From assembly GCA_039621445.1 (NCBI GenBank), contig CP154954.1:9178634-9242633 (forward strand): a stretch of DNA of 64,000 nt, read 5' to 3'. Both the position numbers and the translations under genes were made by a program. This DNA comes from Euglena gracilis. Taxonomy: Eukaryota. Shown here one piece after another: positions 1 to 11,742 of this stretch (the stretch's first letter is position 1; every line of letters begins with the position of its first letter). The notes under the pieces are model-generated. The model worked only from the letters and a program-made list of their open reading frames with translations, searched no databases and had not been told where the DNA came from.

Positions 1-68
1 CTCTTTTTTCGGAATGCTTTTTTCTTCCATTTTGAAAGAAACACTCTCTATATCAAGAACTGCGTCTT

Positions 69-169
69 AAACGCAGACTCTGACCTGAGTCTGCGTTTCG
101 AAACGCAGACTCAGGCCGAGTAACAGACTCAGCGTTTCGAAACACAGACTCAGGTCAGAGTCTGCGTTT
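69..169. repeat. Nested palindromic repeat (AAACGCAGACTC-based; 38-bp inverted arms)
   Basis: 69-106 is the reverse complement of 132-169 with one mismatch; each arm is itself a hairpin. Confidence 0.85.
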
Positions 170-594
170 TTTTTAGAAACACAGATTTTGACCAAAGCCA
201 TGCTGCTATGAACACAGCCTTCGCCCGAAATCCGATGATATCAATAGAATTGCAATACAGACGTCGAGCCCAGAAAATATGTTTAACCTTTCCAAATCAC
301 TCCTCACCCGAAAGCTGTGCTTTCAGATGACCAGTGATGACAACTGGTTCAGGACAAACTTGCCAAATGCTTTTTCTGAAGTTCCAGAAAATGATAATCT
401 TAAGTACCGTCCTTCCGTCTGTTCCATCCAAAGTTCAGCCAGCGGTGATCACCTGACCATAAAATTTGGTTTTTGTCTGATCCATAACGCCTCCACAACC
501 CCGTAGGACCAAAAATGTTTAAAAAAAGGGAATGTCCAAAAATGTCCAAAAAGTCACTAAAAATTCCCAATCTGACCAGCAACAGATTTCAATG

Positions 595-714
595 GAATGG
601 AAATCGACCGACATAAACGGGCGCCTGAATGGAAATCGACTGACATAAACGGACGCCTGAATGGAAATCGACCGACATAAACGGGCGCCTGAATGGAAAT
701 TGACCGACATAAAC
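595..714. repeat. 32-bp tandem repeat, ~3.75 copies (GAATGGAAATCGACCGACATAAACGGGCGCCT)
   Basis: Units start at 595, 627, 659 and 691, head to tail with no spacers. Confidence 0.9.
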
Positions 715-990
715 AATTTCAGCCTGAAATCCGTTAATGTCAGTAGAATTTCAAGACAGGCGTCGGGCCCAGAAAATAGGTTTTAAGGACAGGTGGGGGG
801 GGTGGTCCGGACCCCCCCCCCACCTAAACGTGGTCCGGGTGACCGATTTTCAGCCCGGTGCGAAGCGCCGGGCCAAAAATTTGACATCCAGCGAAATCGA
901 AGAGCAAGCGCCGAAACCGTCAAACCGCCCGCCCACCTCAGTGAATGCCCGGTGGGGCTCCTTGTCCGCCCCGCTCCGTGTACTGTGTAC

Positions 991-1090
991 ACTGTCTGAG
1001 TGTCTATTTTTTTCAGTATATACTCGTTCCACCCATGTGGACAAGGAAGCCCCCTTGAGCCCCTAAATGTGGTATTATGACGGAATTTAA
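991..1090 (+). ncRNA. Putative spliced-leader RNA gene or pseudogene (euglenid type)
   Basis: 991-1015 ACTGTCTGAGTGTCTATTTTTTTCA resembles the Euglena SL exon as I recall it (ACTTTCTGAGTGTCTATTTTTTTTCG) and is followed directly by GTATAT, a donor-like GT; 3' end is a guess. Confidence 0.65.
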
Positions 1091-1650
1091 AGGAGTAGGG
1101 TTGGGGTTAAGAGTCTCATGCAAACAGTTGAACCATTCCCACTCAGCTTCGTTATATTGGCCTCTAGCGAACCCAAAGAGCCGCCCAACCAAGGTTAAAA
1201 ACATGGGTGGACCCGAGCAAGGCGCCGAAGGCGCAGAGCGAGGGTCCACCCATGTGTATTAACCCTGGTTGGGCGGGTCTTTGGGGTAGCTGGTACCCTG
1301 TAGGGGCCAATTTATCACTTTATTGTGTGATGCACCCTGACCCTAACCCCACCCTGACCCTGACCCAACCCGAACCCTAACCCTACTCCTAACCCCCTGT
1401 TTTTCTTTTTATTCTTTTCCAAGGCCGACTTGTAAAATTCTGGGTGGGGGTCGTTTAGCGAAGGAGTAACAAAAGTGGGTACTCCTTCGCTAAACGACCC
1501 CCACCCAAATGGGTTATCATTGGGTTATTTGAAGGAGGTAGGGTTAGGGCAACATGGCCATGTTGCCCTAACCCTACTCCTCAAATAACCCATCCAACTT
1601 GAAAATTTTCGGTGGGGGTCGTTTAACGAAGGGGTACCCAAAGTGCTCCA
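1090..1650. repeat. Cluster of foldback/hairpin elements with telomere-like TTAGGG/CCCTAA motifs
   Basis: Imperfect ~300-bp foldback 1090-1390; ~28-bp-stem hairpin 1441-1507; palindrome ~1520-1592. Confidence 0.8.
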
Positions 1651-2159
1651 CAAATGCTCCCTAAAATGAAACATGGATGGGAAAAGAAACATGGATTTTG
1701 GACCGGTTCAAACACCGAGCCGCTCTGGAACCGTGAGGAGTTGGGCTCTGGAGGGTTGGTTTCCCGGAAAAGGGTTCAAAAACAAAATTTCCCATCTGTT
1801 CCCGCAGTATCACCCAGAATCTTGTTTCCGAAATATTTTCAGTCTATGATGCCAGGACTTCTGCCAGGATTTATGGAGCTGGCTTTTTTTGGCCATTTTT
1901 GGAAGTTTTTGTTTGAACGCTGTGGTTCCTTTCATTTTGAACCAATCAAAAGAAAAAGTGGAGGACGGGCCGACCTGGTCAGACCGACCTCCATGTCTCA
2001 TGCCTGTGCATCAATTTCATAAGTCCATCCACACCCTATTCCGCCTTGTTCAATTGGAACCGTGTGACGTCATACAGGAGTGTGCAGCTGAGGAATGACG
2101 TCATAAGGTCAACATCATCTGTGCTTTATGACGTCAAAGCATAGGGGGAAGAAAGGGTG

Positions 2160-2582
2160 TAAATCGAGTGGTTTTGGTGTGGATCGACTGAGTGCGTGAA
2201 AGAGTATGAGTATGAGAGCCGAAACCCTTGTCAGAAGTGCAATAAGGAAGCCAACGAACCCAAGGGCGATCGCAACAAGGAGGAATTGCTTGCACGTGTT
2301 GTTTCCTCCGGTCAAGGGGGCACCCTTGGGGCCGACGATGAAGTCGTTGTCCATGCAAGTCTGCTGATGCACAGGGCTGAAGGTTTGAACATAGCACGTC
2401 TTGAATGGGTACGAAAAGACACGGGTGCCGATGGCGGCATCCATTTGAACCCAGGGAACAAACAGCGCAATGAACCCCAGGAGGATGGCAAGACAGAGGA
2501 GAAGGATGGTGAGAAGGTACATAACCAAAGCAGGGTGGTGCTCACGTCGGCCGGTGGCGGCTTGCAGGGCGTGACCGATCAT
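2160..2582 (-). CDS. Amastin/claudin-like membrane protein, partial (first exon or fragment)
   Basis: TM helix, then PW...KTC...C...C loop, then second TM; pyrimidine tract plus AG just upstream of ATG 2582; 3' boundary uncertain. Confidence 0.5.
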
Positions 2583-3149
2583 TTTTCTCTGGAAAAAAAC
2601 CACTGGCGAAGAAGTTGAATTTGGAACTAACTTAGACAACTTCAACAATTGTGCTAAATATTAATGGGCAAGTGTTGAGAATGGGAAAAACAGAATCACT
2701 GGACCCTTTGGTTTGAAGCAAAAAAATCCAGAAAACCCCAAGGTCCCCCTGTTGCAAACCAGACTGGTCCAAGTTTAAAACAACTGCCATCAAACATCAA
2801 ATTTCAGTGCATGTGAAATTTGACCGATTCTCTGGAAATGAAATAACTGATGGGAGGCGTGGTTGGACCCAGAATTCGACTCAAATGGGGTTGTGCACTT
2901 TTCTTTTTGTCATGTGCGCAAATTCACGCGAAAATTCGGAATTGCGTGAAAAGCAAAAGAAAATTTTCCACTCACCTCTCACCCAGTCACCGAAAACCTC
3001 TTTGTAAACCCCTCAGTATAGCTACCGCTGACCTGTGAACGCACAGGGAGTCATGAGGAGGTTCTCCTTGTGGCGAGGGCCAAAAGAGACGTTTCCCTGG
3101 GCCCGGGGCACGGTTAAAAGAAAATCACACCGTTCCAGGATGGACAATC

Positions 3150-4221
3150 AATTACATTGGAACATCCTGAAATTCCCGCGTACGTCATCCCCAGGGCCCT
3201 GTGGGCTTCGTCCCATTCACCTGCAAGACGCAATCAAGCGCCCAGGTAGAGGGGCACATCTGATCTCAGCTCTCGCCAAGCTCACCAACACCTGGGTTAA
3301 TGGGGACCTCCCCTCAGCACACTCCTCGTTCTGGTGCGGTGCCAACCTCACACCCCTCCGGAAAAAGGATGATGGGGTCAGACCGGTGGCAGTGGGCGAA
3401 ACCATACGGAGATTGATTGGCAAAGCCCTATTGGCAACAGGCACGGCTAAAGACCAGGTGAGCAAGCTCCAACCCATACAAGTCGGGGTAAGGGTCACGA
3501 TCGCTGCAGAATCAGTTGCGATTGGCTTCCAACACCTGGTGCACAAACTCGACCCAACCGGAAATTGGGCAAGCCTGCAGTTGGATTTCTCCAATGCCTT
3601 CAATTGCATGGACAGGTCACACCTTTTGTTGGAGGCAACTACCAGGACACCCTGCCTCTTCAATTATCTCAACTTCGCATACAAGAACCCCGCCCCCCTT
3701 TTCTGCGCTGGCAAAGTCCTTTGGTCCCGTTGCGGCACTGGGCTGCCCACTGGGCCCCGTCGGCTTCTGCATCGGCCTGCAGCCGAAACCACCACAAACA
3801 ACGCAGAATTACTCTGGAGTTCCTGGTACATGGATGATGGCATCATGGTGGGACAGCCTGACAAACTGCAGAAAGTCATCTCCTTCCTCCAGGGTGAGGC
3901 CACACGCTGCGGGTTACAATTGAACCTCCAGAAGTGTGTGGTCTGGGGGCCAGCCGTCAATTCAATCACCTCTGCACCAGAAATGACCCTGATTCCGTGG
4001 GAAAAAGATTCAGGTATCACGGTACTGGAGGTACCCGTGGACTTCCCCACAAGCCACCACAAAACAGCAGAAGCATGGGACTGCGCCACAGAAAAAATCG
4101 AACACGCAGCAGACAATGTTACCAGAATGACGGATGCCCAAATCTCTCATCACCTCCTACGCTCATGTCTTGACGGATGCAAAGTCAACCACCTACTTCG
4201 CGGCTCCAACAGCTACCTCTG
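3150..4221 (+). mobile_element. CRE/SLACS-like non-LTR retrotransposon RT fragment, 5' part
   Basis: SPGPCGLR, RPVAVGETIRRL, LDFSNAFN and WYMDDG motifs; local frameshift near 3735-3780; cut by element A1. Confidence 0.85.
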
Positions 4222-4532
4222 TGTGTACCAGGCGTATGCTTCTGTCCCCTTCCGTTGAGGAAGTTAGGATGGAAGCAGATCCTATTAGGATTTCCTAATG
4301 GGTGCCCCTTCTCTCTCCACAGGTGGTATTCTTATTCTTCTTATACCTTTTCCTTGGACTGGACTTGGATTTCCAGTCCGTCCTCCCTGCATTGCTCCGT
4401 GCTTTGCTTCTTGGGAAGTGGGAAAAGGGTTTTTACTGTTACTCTGATTTTCAGTTCCCAAGTAGGTGCGCCAAGGCGAAAGCGAAGGCTTTTGGGAATT
4501 GGGAAAGGGGAATTGGGAATCAGACGTACACT
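4222..4532 (+). repeat. 5' LTR of A1
   Basis: TGTGTACC...GTACACT; appears identical to 18078-18388. Confidence 0.95.
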
Positions 4533-4555
4533 TGGTAGCAGATTGGTTACGATCC
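4533..4555 (+). promoter_or_regulatory. Primer-binding site, initiator tRNA-Met-like
   Basis: TGGTAGCAGATTGGTTACGATCC directly after the LTR; complementary to the typical eukaryotic tRNAi-Met 3' end and T arm. Confidence 0.8.
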
Positions 4556-4601
4556 TATACACACTTCACAAACAGAAAGGCTACCAGGTTTTACACTGAT
4601 G

Positions 4602-7600
4602 GATGAGGTCGAGCCTCGCGGACTCTGAATACGCTTTCGCGCTTCAGGATTAGGGCACTCCCGAGACATATGTCCCGGTTTGTTGCACAAAAAGCACACT
4701 TTATCCGTGGCTTGGTCCGAAGAACGCGGGTATCGCGTTTTCGATCCAGTGGTGGGTGAAGCGGGTGAAACCGGTGATTTTTGCAATACGTTCACCGAAC
4801 CAGCCGGTAATCCAGCGGTTGGGTGTGCGGTATACGCGGATTGAATCTGACCAAGAAGCTGTGATAGCTTCAGTTGCTTGGAAACATAATTCCAGCGTTG
4901 GTCAAGAGTCATTGCATTACCCGCCAACTCCTCACGATGGATATCCTTGATGAGGCTAGGCGTGAAATGCATGAGAACAGCGTCAAACTGTTCGCGCATT
5001 TGCTTTTCACTGAGTTCATCCACTTCAGCGGCAAGTCCTAACCATTTGGCATACCAAAGGTCAATGGACTTCCACTTGCGATCGGGTGGGGCGCATTGCC
5101 GCCACTTGGTCTCCAGGGTAATCCTAGCGACCAAACTTGAACTGGTGGAAGCGTATTGCTCCACCAGGTCATCAAAGGAAACGCGGTAGCGAATGACGAG
5201 TTGTCGCGCGCGCTCCTTCTCATCCCTAGGGAGGCAATCGATGAATTCCATCTTGATCACCTCCGGGTTTGTGTCCTGGGTTGGCCCTTTCAATGCCCAG
5301 TAGTACTCCCAGTCCCGGAAAAACTGTCTCCATGTGGTTGGATCACCGTCCCATTGGGGTTTCACCTTATTCGCGATTGCGATGGTGCCCTTGAAGTCTT
5401 TCTGAAAAACCCGTTGGCCCTCGGTGGTATTCCGTGGATTCGGGCCCGGGTACGCTCGAGCACCAAGCGTATCCTTTCCGGATTCTTGTCGGAATCGCGA
5501 AATTTCTGGTGAAGGTGAATCCTGGTACCGGAAATCCGGTCGCAAACCCTGTTGGTCACCCGTAATAGGGGGACACTCCGGTGTGGGGGTATGTCGCGCA
5601 TGCAACATGTGACCCACTCCCGGTGTACGGGTTTGGCTCATTCCACGCACAAGCATGGAATGATGGATTTCTTGGTGGAGACTTGGCGGAATCGCCGTGT
5701 TTTCCGAAAATTCGGTTCCCGTAATGGGAGATTCATCCGAAAACTGGTTTTGAGTTGTAGGCAAGGCCAATGGTGGCACAATTCGCGGAATCGCGGATTG
5801 TGACACTCGGGACACGGGTGGTGGTGGTGCATATGCACCCAGATTCGGGTTGTGGAAACGCGAATCTGGAGCATCTGGCGTATCTTCGGCAATGCATACT
5901 GCCGAATTGCGGTGTGAAACCCGCTGTTGGTTGGACACATTATCCAAACCCACAGACAAGTCATGCACACTTTGCTCCAAATGCTCAACGAGTTGGAGTT
6001 GGCCGCAAATACGGTCAACTTCATCCTCCAAAGCGCGAATACGCTTGCGGTAACGGGAAAAGTCATCCAAGTGCGGAATCCTTTCGGAAATTCCGGTAAC
6101 ATCTTGGACAAGTTTCCCGTGAGACTTATCCAATAATTGGAGTTGTCCCATTAATGCTTTTACAGCATTTGAGAGAATCTGCAAAGGTGATGTCACCTTG
6201 GTTGGTGTGGTGATGGGTGCAACCGGTGCAGGGTTATCCGACAACACGGTTGTGGTACCCATGGGCAAATTTCCAGGTTGTGGGTTATCCAACAACGCGG
6301 AAATTCGCTCATCCAACCTGGTAATCTCACTTTGCGTGGATCGGGCATTCCGATTCACCGATTCCTCAAGCCGTAATAGGCTGTTGCAGAAATCTTGCAA
6401 GGTTTCCTGATTGTTAGTGAGCATTTTGTCATAAAATGCCTGGAAATCAGGGTTCTCGGTAATCCGAGAACTGGAACCTGCAGGTAGAGACTGCATTTCC
6501 GTTATTTTGGTAGACACCGATGCATACCGGGTCTGGAGTTCCCCAATAGCAGTCTGAATACCGCTAATGTCCGGAACTCGGTGGGAAAGTGCGGAATAGC
6601 TTTGTTGCAAACCCGCAATGGCCGAGTTAATCCCGCCAATGTCGGATTGCAACTGCAACTGCAGGGAATCCTGCCGTTGTGCCATTTCCGCGACTTTCGC
6701 GCTCAGATTGGATAATCCAACCCGATTCGCGTCACAATAGCAGGTTTTCTGCTCCAAACGGGAAAGTCGCTCCTCCAACTGCCGCACATACGTGTGGGGA
6801 GCAAAATTCTCGTTGGCTTGTGACTGGAATTGCCGAAACTTTTCCGTTTCATCGCACAACTGCATAATGCGGTGTTGCGATTCATGGAAAGTTGCGGACA
6901 ATGTGGTGAAATGGTCCATAGACACAAATCCACCACTGCTGGATGTTGCAGACGAGGAATCTCGTGCATGCAACTGTTGTTGCAAATGCAACAACGCGGA
7001 TGAACAGGACTCCATTTGTCCCGATAACTGTTGTAGTGAGCCATGCAAGTGCAGAAACTTGGAGTCATTCCGCGTTTCCGCTTCATGCATGCATTCACTA
7101 ATTTGCCGGAAGTTTTGCGGGAGCTGTTGGCATATTCTGTCAAAGGTTTCCCGAAAGTTTGCAAGGTCAATACCCGCACTTTCGAAGTTCCTCTGGCAAT
7201 ATCTGCCAACTTCCTGCAAGTAATTCCAGCAGTGTTCCAGCTTGGTGAAGACATGTTTCTGGTTGTCCTCATCAAACTGAAGCACTTTGTTCAATGCGGT
7301 TGCACACTCTGCAACGCATTGTTGCACATGGTTGAACTGCCTCACAAGGGGGTGATCCCCTGGAAGCCGAGCAACAATATCCTGCACATCCTCAGCAGTG
7401 AGGAGCTCACCAGTGCCCTTCCCATAGTCATCCATGGGTTGGGATGTACCGGAGAATTCCGGCACCACGAGGCGAGTCTCCGGTTGCCAAGGTAGTACGG
7501 GATAGCACCCGATATCGGGGGGTGGTGGCAAAGCTCTGTAAGGGCTTGCCGGTGGAAGAGCGGGTGGTGGTTGAAAGAAACACGGAGTTTCCAACCCACC

Positions 7601-7942
7601 ATCACCAGAGAAGCCCGGTGGCGGAATCACCACGGGTCTCTCCGGTGTGTGCAGCTGCACCATTGCCGTAGACAGAGGCGAATACCCCCGTTGTGGCAAG
7701 GTGAGTGCGGAAGAGGCCGCATTAGCCTCTGAAGCCAATGATGTGGAGGGCTCATCGCCGACCACTGTCAATGATGACAAGTGTTGCAATTGTGACAATT
7801 GAATCAATTGTGCCTCATCGGCGTGGGAACTGGAAGCACTTTCACATAAAAGCTTCCAATCCCCATTTTCTTGGTCAATGTCTTGCAAGGATGCCTGTAA
7901 TAAGGCATAGTTGAATTGATGGTTGGGGCCTGTGCTTTGCAT
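4602..7942 (-). CDS. gag: Gag of A1, inverted and C-terminally truncated
   Basis: Near-identical to 22278-26204; coiled-coil region, PQWDGDPTTW capsid-like region, CFLCNKPGHMSREC knuckle; likely ATG at 7942 (MQST). Confidence 0.9.
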
Positions 7943-8160
7943 CTTTCTGGTGACAAAAGCAGCAAAAACCCACAAAACTAAGCAGTTGTGCTGGCACCAG
8001 AGGGGCTGTAACGGGTAATACCGTACAGAACCTTCCGGAGCCTGCTCGTCTGCTTAGACGTTGACTAGAAGCCGGGAGCTGACGCTGCGACCGTGTAATA
8101 ACGGTGCAGGGGCTCTCCGCTGCCAGTCAGCGTAGGATCGAACCAATCTGCTACCAAGTG

Positions 8161-11100
8161 TGTTTTCATTGGTGGGATTTACCCGCTGATGTACCACTAT
8201 TTGAGGATTTTTGTGGTATATTATTACCACCTGTTAAAGAAATCATTTTTCGCGTTTGTTTCTTTGACGCATTCGGAATATCCGATGTGCGTATGCCAAG
8301 ATACCTTGGTACCAATGGGGATGCCACACCCTCAACGCAGATTTCTGCGGTCATTGAGAGTGCGGACCAACATCCCAAGTCCGCTGATTATTGTTCGCGA
8401 ATTGCTCGCGAATTTCATGGTGTACTGGATAATCCAGTTTACGCCTGCGACATCGACCCCGCGATTCGCGGTCCGTTCGGTGTTTGCAAAATCGAGCTCA
8501 AGGATGGCGCTAAACCTATGCACCGGAAATTTTTCCGTTGTTCGGGTGAACGCGAACAGGCTCTCAACGAGATGATTGAGAAGCTCATCCAGCGGAAGTG
8601 GATTATCCCTTCCAAGAGCGAGTGGACATCACAAGCTTTTGTGGTGCCCAAACCCGCTGACCAGTCTGGTCAGAAGAAGTGGAGACTGGTGCTGGATTAC
8701 CGGTACCTGAACTCCCAAACGAAGGATGACCCCTTCCCGTTACCGCTGATCGAGGATTTGATCACAAAACAATCGGATAACCGGTTGTGGTCAATCTTTG
8801 ATCTGGAAGACGGTTTCCATCTGATGTTTTTGCATCCTGATTCGCAACCGTACACGGCATTCGTGACATCCAAGGGTGTGTACCAATGGACGGTACTCCC
8901 CATGGGTGTTAAGAATGGCCCAGCCATGTTTCAACGCATGATCCAGTGGGTTTTGCGCGAATTACCGTTTGCTCTGGTGTACATCGATGATGTACTGGTG
9001 GGAACCCAACCGCCATCCGCGAAATCGGGCGAGGATATCCTCGACCCGCATTATCGCGATGTGCGCGCGGTATTATCCGCGTTCCAAAAGCACGTGCTTT
9101 TTGTGAAGGGTTCCAAAATGCACCTGTTTCGCAAAATTATTAAGTTTTGCGGACACATCCTGAGCAACGGGCAGCGTAAAGCCGCACCCAGCAAGATGGA
9201 GGCCATTAAGAAATGGACTCCTGCGGTCATTAAGACCTTAACGCATTTAAAGGGATTTTTGGGATTAGCCCAATACTACGCGATTTACATGAAAGATTTC
9301 GCGAAAATCGCGGTACCCCTAACCCGACAACTCAAAAATCGGACACCCGATAACGCAAAAGTCATTTGGGATCACCAAATGCGCGAGGCCTTGAATAAAA
9401 TCAAGGACTTGCTCCTCGAGAACGTGGTTCTCGATATCGCGGATCCATATAAACCGTATGTCCTGGAGGTCGACAGCAGCGATTACGCTGTTGGCGGGGT
9501 CCTTAGCCAGCATAATGCGGCGAATGAACTCCGACCTGTGGCTTTCTTCAGCAGGAAGCTACAGGGCGACAACGGGAAAGGACAGGTTAAATGGAGCATT
9601 CGCGAAAAGGAGACATATGCCATTGTGCTAATTCTCCAGAAGTTCCGCAGCTGGATAGCCAGCAGCTTGGTCCAGATATTAGTGTTGACGGATCATGAGA
9701 GCCTTCAACACTGGTATACCGAGGACCTGAACAAGGCCATGTCATCAGTTGGCAGAAGATGCCGATGGCATGAGTTCTTGAGCCAGTTTAACCTGGTGGT
9801 AGTTTATACCCCAGGTCACACGCAAAAAGTTGCGGATCCTCTCAGCCGAGCCCCCTGGTATTATCCTGGGAACCCGGATGAGGGTGATGCGACTTTTCAT
9901 GGCAGCCATGAGGCTGACCAGTTCGCACGTCGATCCGACGCTGCGGACAACATGCTCGATTCACTACCGGTTTCCCGGGTGTATCGCAGCATCGCCATTT
10001 CACCATTGCGTGGAAGGCGCCGGCGTGGACGCACTGCCGGACCCCGTCGCATTACGCGTACGGAAACTCCTACCCCCCTATTTTTCCGCGAATGGGATTA
10101 TTCGCGTGACCCGATATATAGTACCATTGTGAATAGACTTCGTAATGGTGAATCCATAGAGAATTACTCTCTATCACCATTGCGGCTTATTTTCCGGAAT
10201 GATTCTGGTTATAAATATTGTATACCCCAAGACCTGGTTGATGATGTGATTTTGAGCTATCACAACCATGGTCACCCTGGGGCCCCCAAACTTCTTTCAC
10301 TAGTGGGTCGCAGATATTGCACAACCCTGAGTGAAAAAGAATTATATTCGCGCTGTTTGCGAATTTCGCAACGGTGCCAAATTTGTCAGGCTGTGAAACC
10401 GCGCAGAGGTACCCCCCCTGGTACGATGGACTTTTTCCCCGTACCACCTGACATTTTTACATCCCTCTGCATGGATTTTCTCGAACTTGAACCTTGCAAA
10501 GGATCAGATGACAAAATTTACGATTACGTTTTTGTTGTCGTCTGTCGGCTGAGTGGGTACATAGTAGCCATTCCATGCCGGAAAGCAGGGTTGACAGCCC
10601 AAATTTTGGCATCCATATTCCTGGAGAAATGCATCTGCTTAATGGGTTTACCGAACGAAATCGTGAGTGATCAAGATCACTTGATCTCTTCGCGGTTTTT
10701 CACAACTTTGTGCGGTTTACTCGGCATTGAGCAGCATTTTTCCATTATATACCGCCCGAAAGGCAATGGTAGAGCCGAGGCAGCCGTGAAATCCGTTGTC
10801 AATATGCTTCGCCTTTCACTGGCTGACTCGGGTAAGAATTGGTTATCCATTCTTCATTGGTGTTTATTTTACATCAATACCTTGCCAGGGTTGGTATTAC
10901 CACACTCACCGTACAAAATTGTTTTCGGACGAGACCCTCCGGCCATAGGGGATATCCCCTCGGAGAGACCCGCCCGAAGTAGCGTCAGCTGTGAAACGTG
11001 GTTTGCAGAAGTGGAATCACTCCGCTCTGCAGTCCAATCACGTATCACAGAAATTCATTCCAACAAACGGAAATCGTTTTTACAAAACTTCAACACACCT

Positions 11101-11547
11101 GTGTATAGTCCAGGTGACCGCGTGTGGGTACGGAATAACCGCACCCGCATGCAATCTTCCAAGCTAGATCCTCTTTGGCTCGGCCCATGCGAAATTTTGG
11201 AGAGGTTAGGTAGTAGCGGGCGATATAAAGTTGCCTTGCCCAACGGGATTGAGGACGTCCATATGGACGACTTCAAACCGTACCTAAGCCCCCCAGACGG
11301 AAAAGCTATCCCCTGCCTATATTTCAAGCCCCGTTCCAGATTACCTGAAACGGACGACTTTGTGGTCGATAAGATAATAGACCACAAGGTCGACAGGGGT
11401 GTGCACTATTGGAAAGTTCGCTGGAAAGGGTATGGGCCAGAGGAGGACACTTGGGAGCCAGCATCCAGTTTTGTTGGATATGTCCAACAGGATTGGAAGC
11501 TGTGGAACAAGCGCAATAACATAGACATAAACATAAACACTTTCTGA
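8161..11547 (+). CDS. pol: Pol of A1: end of Dam-like domain, RT, RNase H, integrase, chromodomain (5'-truncated, open frame)
   Basis: LPMGVKNGP and YIDD; VDSS/EKE/TDH; H-H-C-C and [23 protein letters not shown]. Confidence 0.95.
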   Translation, partial: CFHWWDLPADVPLFEDFCGILLPPVKEIIFRVCFFDAFGISDVRMPRYLGTNGDATPSTQISAVIESADQHPKSADYCSRIAREFHGVLDNPVYACDIDPAIRGPFGVCKIELKDGAKPMHRKFFRCSGEREQALNEMIEKLIQRKWIIPSKSEWTSQAFVVPKPADQSGQKKWRLVLDYRYLNSQTKDDPFPLPLIEDLITKQSDNRLWSIFDLEDGFHLMFLHPDSQPYTAFVTSKGVYQWTVLPMGVKNGPAMFQRMIQWVLRELPFALVYIDDVLVGTQPPSAKSGEDILDPHYRDVRAVLSAFQKHVLFVKGSKMHLFRKIIKFCGHILSNGQRKAAPSKMEAIKKWTPAVIKTLTHLKGFLGLAQYYAIYMKDFAKIAVPLTRQLKNRTPDNAKVIWDHQMREALNKIKDLLLENVVLDIADPYKPYVLEVDSSDYAVGGVLSQHNAANELRPVAFFSRKLQGDNGKGQVKWSIREKETYAIVLILQKFRSWIASSLVQILVLTDHESLQHWYTEDLNKAMSSVGRRCRWHEFLSQFNLVVVYTPGHTQKVADPLSRAPWYYPGNPDEGDATFHGSHEADQFARRSDAADNMLDSLPVSRVYRSIAISPLRGRRRRGRTAGPRRITRTETPTPLFFREWDYSRDPIYSTIVNRLRNGESIENYSLSPLRLIFRNDSGYKYCIPQDLVDDVILSYHNHGHPGAPKLLSLVGRRYCTTLSEKELYSRCLRISQRCQICQAVKPRRGTPPGTMDFFPVPPDIFTSLCMDFLELEPCKGSDDKIYDYVFVVVCRLSGYIVAIPCRKAGLTAQILASIFLEKCICLMGLPNEIVSDQDHLISSRFFTTLCGLLGIEQHFSIIYRPKGNGRAEAAVKSVVNMLRLSLADSGKNWLSILHWCLFYINTLPGLVLPHSPYKIVFGRDPPAIGDIPSERPARSSVSCETWFAEVESLRSAVQSRITEIHSNKRKSFLQNFNTPVYSPGDRVWVRNNRTRMQSSKLDPLWLGPCEILERLGSSGRYKVALPNGIEDVHMDDFKPYLSPPDGKAIPCLYFKPRSRLPETDDFVVDKIIDHKVDRGVHYWKVRWKGYGPEEDTWEPASSFVGYVQQDWKLWNKRNNIDININTF

Positions 11548-11742
11548 AACGATTTCGTTTTGGAGAATGCGTGTGTTTTATGTGAATTTTTCGCGTTTAT
11601 ACCCCCCCCTGCACTTCATTATTTCTCTATCTTTATCGCAGAGTTTTGATTAAGATAGAAGCCTTGCTTTTTCAGTGCACCAGCACTCAAAGCGACTGAC
11701 AACAAGGTTACCCTTAGTTGTCGTCGTCGTTCGGGTAGCATC

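Noticed and set aside
595-714. 32-bp repeats as a CRISPR array
   Set aside because: Head-to-tail units with no unique spacers, no cas genes, eukaryotic context
720-990. 5S rRNA gene linked to the SL gene
   Set aside because: No recognisable 5S sequence by eye
1335-1395. True telomere
   Set aside because: Only a few degenerate CCCT(A/G)A units, internal and part of a foldback
4533-4555. tRNA gene
   Set aside because: Only ~23 nt complementary to a tRNA 3' end including CCA; this is a PBS
8104-8160. ORF-track N-terminus of the 1147-aa Pol
   Set aside because: Comes from the inverted leader/PBS; artefact of the rearrangement junction
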